Positions 54,884 through 64,000 of a stretch of DNA of 64,000 nucleotides are shown here, piece by piece. The stretch covers positions 128,001 through 192,000 of the forward strand of contig CM000150.2 of the NCBI GenBank assembly GCA_000004695.1. The letters are read 5' to 3'. Origin of the DNA: Dictyostelium discoideum. Taxonomy: Eukaryota. The number at the start of each line of letters is the position of its first letter. Position 1 is the stretch's first letter. The translations under genes were made by a program, and so were the position numbers. The notes beneath the pieces were generated by a model. It was not told where the DNA came from, ran no database searches, and worked only from the letters and a program-made list of their open reading frames with translations.

Positions 54884-56153
54884 TACGTTCCTACTTTAAA
54901 GATGCTTTTAAGTATTTTTTTTCGCCCCTGTGGAGATTAACACCCTCATTTAGGGGATGTCTTGACCAGAACACAGGTTATCCCCTTATTTTTTCTTTTA
55001 ATTCAATGGAGGAATGTCATGCCATGTAAACCTTTTGATTTTGGTAACAGGACAAAACGCACTGCAGCGGTCGATAAAGCCAAGCGAGTTGCTAATCCAA
55101 TTCGTCGTACTCAGTTACTGAAGAAGATTCGTTAATGACTGATCGGAAAGTCAGCATCGCTAGAATGGTAGATTGTCGTTGAGATGCAGGGCGTAAAGCC
55201 CAGCTATTGGCAAAGATGTAAGCGGCTTAAGAGCCCCTAATTAGTATCCGCGGTCACGGCCGCACATCCTAGCCTATGGGCTCACACCAATGCGTAATAT
55301 GGTAGCAAAAATCATGTCAGATGAAGACATCCCAGATCATGATACCCGTACATGGTATTGTCTCCAGTATCCAATAACCTCAATCTGCCATCAAACCAAA
55401 TTATAATATTTAAAAAAAAAAATTTGAATCTCAAAAATCATTTTCTAGATCTGAAAAAACCCACTTAAATTATTATTAAATTACTATTTTTTTTAATAAT
55501 TTAGTAAATAGATATTTTAAGTCATAAATTAAGCGATAAAATCTATTTTTTTGGTTAACCAGCATAGTCTAGGTGTTTATCTATTTAATATGTTTTTTGT
55601 GGATAATAAAGCATATTTCAATCACTAATGATATTTATTAAATTTATTAAATTTGTTTATTTTTTTTTTCCGTGATGGAAAATGGTAAGACCATTAGTTC
55701 GTTCTGCATTGCCCATTACATCACCACTTCTTACATGTCAGCGTCTGGTGAAGTTACGCTGGGTGATGCAGCCGATAAAGAGACACAGTTCGCTATTAAC
55801 TCGACTGGATCGATTAATATGTAAGCGCCACGTTTTGTTCTGAAGGGTATTCGGGATGAGAGAACACCTGTTTTTGAATGCTCATGAATTATCCAGCATA
55901 GTATGTGGAATTCTATAGACCCTATTACCAGAAATACGACCACGGAAGATCTTGGTTCGCAACGCGTTTGCTGAAGTGGTTCACACACAACTATCCAACA
56001 GCGGTGATTGATGTGGTTAAGTCCGTGGCCCTGGTTCTTGTTAAACATCGCGATTTGATTGGTAACCCATCATTCATTGACACAGAGTGGTTTTTGGATG
56101 GTGAGTGTTTGCGTCATCTTAATAACGCACTGGTCATGGAAAACGAACCGGTT
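54884..56153. other. GC-normal island B' (duplicate of 15720-16989)
   Basis: Offset +39164. Confidence 0.55.
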
Positions 56154-58469
56154 TATTTATATTATCATATATATATATATATATTATGAATAACATTTAT
56201 TTATTTGAATTTCCCAAATATTTAAGATAATTTTTTAGAATGTTCTAGAACATTCGAAGAATAAAAAAAATTTTCCAAAGAAAAGTAAAAATTTCGACCC
56301 GGCACAATGATGCGATAATTGTGCAAGGTCGAAAAACTGAAAAATTCGGAACCGACACTATGTACAAAGTTGTGAAGGGTCGAAAACTCTTATTTTTTTG
56401 AGTTTTGCGAAATTTTTAAGAAAATAAAAACGTATAAATAGTGGCACTAAAAACTAAAACAATTTGATTTATTTTATTTGGGAATTCCTCCTATATATAT
56501 TTAAGATACACACACACACAAATTTTATACAAATATTTATTTCTCTTTATTAATTTTTTATATTATTATTTTTCTCATATTATAATTTTAGATATCAACA
56601 ATAAAATATGTCTACCACTGTTAATAATAATGATGCCTCTAGTAGTAGTGCCTCTGCCTCTAATAGCGCTGAATCCTTTGATTTAAGAATAAAATCAATG
56701 GAGGATCAAATCAACAACCTTTCTTTAGCCTTTACAAGATTCATGAAAGAACCTATTTTCTCATCTAATTCCAATTCACGTAGCCAACCTTCTCATGATA
56801 ACTCTGACACCGAGAATGAACAAAGTGAAGATGAATCAAGTAACAATGTCGATGTTCCAACCGATTATCAATTATCCGATACCTTACTTGGTCAGTACAA
56901 ACATATGGTAAACAATCAAGGTTTACTCGTCGAAGGAATCAAGAATCTACCATCAATGGTCAAACAAGGTTATTACATGGTAAAACTCGATATCAAGAAA
57001 GCCTACCTCCACGTTTTAGTAGATCCGCAATACAGAGACTTATTCCGCTTCGTGTGGAAAGGTTCGCACTACCGTTGGAAAACAATGCCGTTGGGGTTAT
57101 CGACAGCTCATGGTATCTTTACAATGTTGTTAAGACCTGTACTTGGAATGTTGAGAGATATCAACGTATCCGTCATCGCTTACTTGGACGATCTATTAAT
57201 CGTCGGTTCAACAAAAGAAGAATGTTTATCCAACCTCAAAAAGACGATGGACTTACTTATCAAACTAGGTTTCAAGTTAAATCTAGAAAAGAGTGTTCTC
57301 GAACCAACTCAATCAATTACGTTTCTCGGATTACAAATCGATTCAAAATCAATGAAGCTTCTTGTTCCCAAAGAAAAGAAGAAAAGTGTCATCAAGGAAA
57401 TAAGAAACTTTTTAAAACTAGATTGTTGCTCCCCAAGAAAGCTTGCTGGTTTAAAAGGAAAGCTAATTGCACTGAAAGATGCAGTTATCCCATTCAGACT
57501 TTACACTCGTAGAACAAACAAGTTTCACTCTCAGTGTCTGACTCTAGCCAATGGAGATTGGGATCAATCATTCCCCATTCCTCAAGAGGTCAAGTCAGAG
57601 ATTTCACATTGGTTAACAGTTCTAAACCAATGGAATGGAAAAGAAATCAGTCTGTTTCCAAGTTACGACTATGTTCTTACAACCGATGCCTCGGAATCAG
57701 GTGCAGGTGCCACTCTCAAGAAAGGAAACAAGGTAATCAAAACTTGGTCATTCCAGTGGTCAACAACTCAATCAAACATGTCGTCAAATCGTCGAGAAAT
57801 GCTCGCGCTGCTAATGGCCTATCAAGCGCTATGTCAGAAACTGAACAACTGCAAGCTGAAGATTCAAACCGACAACACTACCACTCTCTCTTACATCAAT
57901 CGCCAGGGTGGTCAGATACAGGATCTCTCAGTTCTGTTCGAACAACTTTGGAAACAATGCCTCAAGAAGAAAGTGAACTTGATTGGAGAGCATATTCCAG
58001 GATTCTTCAATGTAAAAGCCGACCACCTCAGTCGTCTTTCAGAGATGAATCACAAATCATCGTCCAGAGTAATCAAGAGTTACAACTGGCAACTGAAGAA
58101 GGAAGTGTTCAATCGCATCCAACTTCAATTCGGTCAAATACAGATGGATCTGTTCGCATCTCACTTCAACCATCAAACGAACAACTACTCAACAATCAGA
58201 ATGAATGCACTCCACCTCGATTGGAGTCAATGGAAGCAATGTCTGGCCTTTCCACCACCCATTCTTTTGCCTTCTATCCTGGAGAAGATGAACTCATCCA
58301 GTTCGAAGAAGGTTTCTATAATACTGATCTTCCCAATCTGGAGATCAGCAACTTGGTATCCGATGATTCAAGCTCAAGTTCCTCGTCATCATCGTCACAT
58401 GTTTCCTCAAGTACTGGGAACATTCCAAGAAGTATTGACCAAACAATCAGTAGAGTCGATACCAATCCA
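56154..58469 (+). mobile_element. DIRS-1 copy 3' (same 1041-bp deletion), truncated by N-gap; ORF1-RT fusion 56608..58469
   Basis: Same junction ctcgtcgaaggaatcaag; differs from copy 3 at several sites including a C-to-G cluster 57090-57150. Confidence 0.85.
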
Positions 58470-58569
58470 NNNNNNNNNNNNNNNNNNNNNNNNNNNNNNN
58501 NNNNNNNNNNNNNNNNNNNNNNNNNNNNNNNNNNNNNNNNNNNNNNNNNNNNNNNNNNNNNNNNNNNNN
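58470..58569. other. 100-N scaffold gap
   Basis: Run of n. Confidence 1.
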
Positions 58570-61221
58570 TAATAGCCATTGAGAATTGATTTGTTCTTCC
58601 TTAATTTTATTTAAAAACGATTCATCCCATTGGAAATTATCATATTTACGAGATAAGAAATCAGCTATACCATTCTTTTTACCACTTATATGTCTTAATT
58701 CATAATCAAATTCTTTAATATATTTCATATAATTATCTTGTCTCTTTGTGAACGGTTTATCGTTTGACTTATTGATAATATATGTAAGATTTTGGTGATC
58801 AGTGTAGATTGAAACCTTTTTACCAATTAATAAATGTTGAAACTTCTTTAGAGAATCAATGATTGAAAGGAACTCTCTATCACCTATGCTGTACCTCTTT
58901 TGAGTATCAGTAAGTTTTCTACTATGAAACCAAATGACTTTGAATTTATTACCTTGAATTTGATATAATACACCTGATAATGCTTTATCACTAACATCAC
59001 AATACAAGTGAAAACTACCATTGTTTAGATTATTATTATCTGAATGGATTGGCATGTCTGTTGATGCTTTAACCTTTTCGATATCTATTGGTATGGAGTT
59101 ATCTTGTTCAATTGGAATAGCGACAATATTTTCACCTTCAAACTCTTTCTTTAGATTATTGAATTCTTTGAGTGATTCATCAGAAAGTGTTTTCTTGTTT
59201 TTTCCTTTTGATTCTTTGGAAAGGTGATAGGTTTTTTCAGCGTAATTTTCAATGTGTCTCCTGAAGAATCCAAAAAGACCTAATGCAGCTTCAGCTTCTT
59301 TGGCGTTTCTTGGTTCAGGTAACTCAGAGATAGCTCTAACCTTTGCAGCTCTTGGAGATATACCATCTTTATGAATGTGGAAACCAAGGAAATCTACTTC
59401 AGTCTTTAACATTTCACTCTTTTCTCTTGAAATGAATAATAGGTACTTTCTACAATATAGAAGCATTCTAATGATTTCAATGAAATGTACCATGTAGTCG
59501 AGTTTTGAATGAACCAAAAGATCATCAAAGTATTGTAATAAACTTTTGATTTTTCCAAATATTTCGACCATCAATCTGGCGAATGTGGATGGAGAGTTGA
59601 CTAAACCTTGTGGCATTCTAGTATATTCAAATTTACCAATATGTGTAATGAAAGCGGTGTACTTTGCGTGTTCTGGATTAATTAACACTTGGAAATAACC
59701 CATAATCATGTCAAACTTTGAGAAAAGCTTTGAATCTTTACATTGATTTAAAAGACTATCAACCGGAGTGAATGGATGATCGTCTCTAACAGTGACTTTA
59801 TTTAGTTGACGATAGTCGTGGACTACACGCCATGAATCTCTCTTCTTTAATAACATGATTGGAGATGAGTAATTTGATTCTGATCTTTTGATAATACCTA
59901 AATCTATAAATTTGAGAACCATTTCTTCGACATGTCTCTTATGATCATCTGTTGAATAATAGATTTGTTTCTTTGTTGGTTCAACATCTTGATCTTTCTT
60001 TAATATGATATTATGTATGATATTACCTCTTCTGGAATTGTTAATCTGATCTGGAATATCAGGAAGTTTATCTACTATAACATCTTCGAATGAATCATTA
60101 ATGAAATCACGTACTGCTTGTATCTCTTCTTCTTCTGGATTAGTTTTAACCAGTATATCACAAAGTTGTGATGGGATGCTTTCAACAAACTTTGTAACTT
60201 GTTCTTTGATATCTTCATCATCATCTAGTAGATTATGTGACTGTGACTGATTATCATTGGATACGGTAACATGTTTTCTTGGAGCTTTTACATTACAATG
60301 TAATTGATTCGACTGTTGATAATTAATTTTGTATGTACTGTTATTCAACTTGATTATTTTATCTTTTTGGTTAATGATAGAGTCCTTAAGGATATCATTA
60401 CCGAAAAGTACATCAATGATATCCAATTCTATAATAAAGAAGTTATGAATTTCATTGTTAACTTGTATATTGATTTGTTCAACAAACTCTTCTTTGACGT
60501 CTAGTAGCGGGAAGTTAATCTTGGCTTTCGTTTTGTGAACGTGGTTCTTCATATCTTTTGAAATCAACCTCTTATTGATTAAACTAACATTACTTCCAGT
60601 ATCGAGAATTAATTTGAATTGTTTTTCTTTGGAATGAGAGTTAATTATAATCTTGGGTTTATCCATGTTTTCTCTGTTTGGAACGATTAAACATTTGAGA
60701 GTCGGAATGAGAGCAGTATCACTTGTACCAGTACTATGTAATAATGAGATGATTGGTTTGTTTGTTTCTTTATCGAATTTAATTGTGTAAAGCAATTCAT
60801 CTTCTTCATCGTTAATTAATTCTTTACTAGAATTCAATATCTTTGGACGATTGAATATGTTTACAGTATAGTTTTTATCTTGAACATTTGTTAACTCTGT
60901 TGGAGTATTAAATTCAATCTTCTGTGGTTTATACTTCATCTCTGATTCAACAGCTTTTGGAATTGGAACGGTTGTATCAGGAACTAGTTTTATACCATAT
61001 GAGTCTTTGACGTATTCTTTAAGTTTGTTGATGTTTTTATGAACATCATGTTGCTGGCTTTGTTGATGTAACTGTTTAACAATGTTTTGATTATAAAAAG
61101 AGTTAAGAGTATAAAGTGAATCTTTGTTCACTGGGTAATCATTATCCTCAAGGTGATGATATTGTGAAATTTTATAATTTTTATTTAAAATCTTTGACTT
61201 GGACTCATCACCTTCATCGAG
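58570..61221 (-). CDS. pol: Skipper Pol, copy 3, C-terminal integrase/chromodomain part missing (gap)
   Basis: Identical to copy-1 Pol over PR-RT-RH. Confidence 0.75.
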
Positions 61222-62385
61222 TCATTGTTGCTTTTTGGCTGATGGACCTGGATTGGCTTTGGCATCGACCGGATCAATTCTACATGTAGATGTGGAGTGA
61301 TTTGATTTACCACAATTGAGACAGTAGCCTTTGCTCTGACGGTAAACGATGAAACTGCTTCTTATCTTTTTGAGGTCTACCTTAGAGTCTTTTCTTATTT
61401 CAGGTAATATTGCAGCTCTAATCTTATCAGCTTGTGCATCAAAGGAATTCCTGTTATGAGAGTTATGATTTGGAGTAGCATGATTCTTTTTTAATGGAAA
61501 CTTCTCATCATTATTCGATGCGGAATCGGAAGGTCTTCTTCTCGAGAACTTATCAGCATTGTTAAGAACCAACTCGGTGATGGCTTCACGACACTCGGTG
61601 ATATCGGTTTGAGTGTTGAGTTTGATTGCAACATCAGTTTGTAACCAGTCTGGTACGACCATCTTTAACAAAGCAAGGATATTATTATCTAAAATTGATC
61701 TTAGATACTCTAATTGAACTTCAGCAGTACCATGGATTAGATACACCGGATTAATTACATTGTGGTAACTCATAATGGCTTCGATGTTTTTTATAACATC
61801 TTGGGCTGAGTAGCAGTTACGATGGTTAATAGCTTCGACTACTTTAGTGTTGGCAGCTTCGTAGTCAGTTTTGAATGGAACCAAAGTCTTGGATCTAAAG
61901 TTACGGTGTATTAGCTTCTTCAATGTTTCACCTTCAATTTTATCGTTGTTCTTAACTGATTCATTGTGGGTAGGTTGAAGCAATTGAAATAATTCATTTG
62001 ATGCAGCACCATTGTCCATAATGGTCTTCAAGGTTGGTTCAACACCATTCTGGGAGCAGTGGATGGTAAAGAGATTCATGAAGATGACAGCAGTGGCAGC
62101 ATTTTTTAAAGCGTCAATGGTTTTAGCTTCAATGGAATTGGTCTTTGATTTCTTTGGCACTTTCTCTCTGACTTCGACGTCGGATACATCAGTGCTTTCA
62201 GTTGAATAAATTTCATCATCGACTTCAGTGGGACGAAGAGTCTTTTTTGATTTTACTTGAACAGTAATAGCATCATCGGAGGCGGTTGTCACTTCAGTGG
62301 CACGTTTGGCGGTGGAAGACACTTTGGCTTTACGGATGGCTTTCTTTGAAGGAGTAGTAGTTGATGACATGACTTTCACCAACAA
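61222..62385 (-). CDS. gag: Skipper Gag, copy 3
   Basis: 387 aa, CCHC knuckle conserved. Confidence 0.85.
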   Translation of the reverse strand: MLVKVMSSTTTPSKKAIRKAKVSSTAKRATEVTTASDDAITVQVKSKKTLRPTEVDDEIYSTESTDVSDVEVREKVPKKSKTNSIEAKTIDALKNAATAVIFMNLFTIHCSQNGVEPTLKTIMDNGAASNELFQLLQPTHNESVKNNDKIEGETLKKLIHRNFRSKTLVPFKTDYEAANTKVVEAINHRNCYSAQDVIKNIEAIMSYHNVINPVYLIHGTAEVQLEYLRSILDNNILALLKMVVPDWLQTDVAIKLNTQTDITECREAITELVLNNADKFSRRRPSDSASNNDEKFPLKKNHATPNHNSHNRNSFDAQADKIRAAILPEIRKDSKVDLKKIRSSFIVYRQSKGYCLNCGKSNHSTSTCRIDPVDAKANPGPSAKKQQ

Positions 62386-62642
62386 TTATATATAAAATTT
62401 ATTAAATATAATTTAATTTTATAATTTAATTTTATAATTTAAATTATATAATTTAATTATATAATTTAATTTAATTTATTTAATTTAATTTAATTTAATT
62501 TTTAATTGAATAATTAAATATAAGTATTAATATATGTTAACTGTTATTCCACTAATATATTTTTTTTGTGGTGTCTTTATATTATTTAATTGATAATAAA
62601 TATTATCTTAAATTATTTTAATTATAACAATGGCATCAATAT

Positions 62643-62900
62643 AACTGTTATTCCACTAATAATTTATATTGTGGTGTCTTTATTTAACTGTTATTCCACT
62701 AATAATTTATATTGTGGTGTCTTTGTTTAACTGTTATTCCACTAATAATTTATATTGTGGTGTCTTTGTTTAACTGTTATTCCACTAATAATTTATATTG
62801 TGGTGTCTTTGTTTAACTGTTATTCCACTAATAATTTATATTGTGGTGTCTTTGTTTAACTGTTATTCCACTAATAATTTATATTGTGGTGTCTTTGTAT
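62643..62900. repeat. 43-bp Skipper leader tandem repeat x6
   Basis: Two more units than copies 1/2. Confidence 0.8.
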
Positions 62901-63189
62901 TTGAGCATTATTATTAAATTAATTGATACAATCTTGTTTTATATTACTTTATAAAAGATGCATGTTTACAATGTGAGTAGGAAGTGTCGTTGTACCGCCT
63001 AAGCAGTACAGCGTTAATCTTGCAAACAGAAGGGCCATTGTAATGCATTTTTATTTTGTTTTAAATACTACTGTTATTCCTCTAATCTGAAGAGTCGACT
63101 TCTTCATCATGAGGTGTCATTGTATACGAAATATAAGGATTGTATCTAATTATTTGTTTTAATGTATTTGTTTTATGTTAAAATTAGAA

Positions 63190-63517
63190 AAAAAAAGTGT
63201 AAAAGTCACTCACACTAATCTTCAATCCATTGTCACATTTGTTCAATCTTAAATCAAACAGTCCAATATAAAAGAGATAATTAAAAGTAAGGGCGTTATG
63301 AAACTAANCCGAAAATCAGAATTTTTATTATTTTTTTTAAATTTTAATTTAATTTAATTTTTTTTAATTTAATTTTTTATTTTTTTGACTGAAAAAATAA
63401 AAAATTAAAAAATAAAAATAAAAATTAAATGAAATATTTTTACATGGAGATGCGCGAATTTGTTACGTTGTTGAGCTCATACTAACTTTAAATTAATTTA
63501 GTTTTGAGTCTCTAACA
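63190..63517 (-). repeat. Skipper 5' LTR of copy 3 with ~70-bp internal deletion and one N (63308)
   Basis: Alignment to 34508-34897: segment ...ctttaaagtaatgtattttaatatgaaggatagaaagagtgaaagactaatatcataaaagtaaacatac missing. Confidence 0.8.
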
Positions 63518-63667
63518 TTAAAGGTGGTTTTAAAGGTGATTTTAAAGGTGATTTTAAAGGTCATTTAAAAAATTGCTTTTAAATTAATTTTTAAGTGACT
63601 TTTTTATAGGACTTTAAATCCACTTTTAATTTAATTTAAAGTTGCTTTAAAGGTGTAATTTTCATCG
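63518..63667. repeat. C-family MITE TIR half (other side of the Skipper insertion site)
   Basis: Ends ...gtgtaattttcatcgctgtg; begins with TTAAA matching 34503-34507. Confidence 0.5.
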
Positions 63668-64000
63668 CTGTGTATTAATAATGCTACAAAAATAAATAAA
63701 AAAAATTTAAAAATTATTTTAAAACTATAGTATTAAATAAAATTTTATGTGAACAATAAAATACACAGATATATTATTTTTTAATAATAAAATTTATTTT
63801 TAAAGTAGAAACTTTTATTGGGAAGAATTTAAGTAAAGTGCAGAATGAGGAAATTGAAAAGCTTCTTGTGCATCTTTTCTCATTTTAGCCTTAGAGTCAA
63901 ATTTACTACTAAAATCATTTAATATTGAAATTAATCTCTTTATTAAAGGAACTGAATCTGGGTACCAGTGTGACTCTTCACCTGTTTTACAAGAGTCAAC
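63668..64000 (-). other. Inverted copy of host gene 3' UTR and terminal exon (rc of ~33930-34258)
   Basis: Near-identical reverse complement; exon part 63840-64000. Confidence 0.7.

Larger units (their letters stand above)
46594..58469. other. ~11.9-kb block duplicating 7430-19305 at constant offset +39164 (DIRS ORF1 pseudogene, ITR, island A', DIRS fragments, MITE copies, transposase fragment, satellite, island B', deleted DIRS copy 3')
   Basis: All ORF-track entries recur at +39164; bounded on both sides by 100-N gaps. Confidence 0.8.
58570..63517 (-). mobile_element. Skipper copy 3 (5' portion: partial pol, gag, leader, 5' LTR)
   Basis: Begins mid-integrase after the gap; gag differs from copy 1 at 6 residues. 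Confidence 0.8.

Noticed and set aside
40632-62900. CRISPR-like array (regularly spaced 43-bp repeats)
   Set aside because: Units are directly tandem with no spacers, lie in a eukaryotic LTR-retrotransposon leader, and no cas genes are present

Overview
This window is an AT-rich eukaryotic repeat cluster that fits Dictyostelium discoideum. It is a mosaic of DIRS-1 tyrosine-recombinase retroelements, a tandem array of the chromodomain Ty3/gypsy-type LTR retrotransposon Skipper, and nested TIR-bounded MITE-like units, with one intact and two degenerate copies of a zinc-finger transposase gene. There are six DIRS-1 pieces (one full, one split by a nested DIRS insertion, one with an in-frame 1041-bp deletion), consistent with DIRS elements inserting into each other. 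The three Skipper bodies share LTRs, and the whole array is bracketed by a TTAAA target-site duplication. Three GC-normal islands (8753-10281, 15720-16989, 20776-24615) stand out against the ~20-25% GC background. They carry prokaryote-style signals (Shine-Dalgarno motifs, overlapping stop/start codons, a phage tail-fibre-like N-terminus). Four of their six borders coincide exactly with transposon termini, and one island contains a 90-bp DIRS-1 fragment. I read them as either a relic prokaryote/phage-like segment colonised by Dictyostelium transposons or a chimeric assembly; I cannot identify their genes from sequence alone. The window also shows draft-assembly signs: two 100-N gaps bound an ~11.9-kb block (46594-58469) that repeats 7430-19305 at an offset of exactly 39164 bp. 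The window end carries an inverted copy of the host gene 3' end seen at 33.9-34.3 kb. No rRNA, bona fide tRNA or CRISPR was found.
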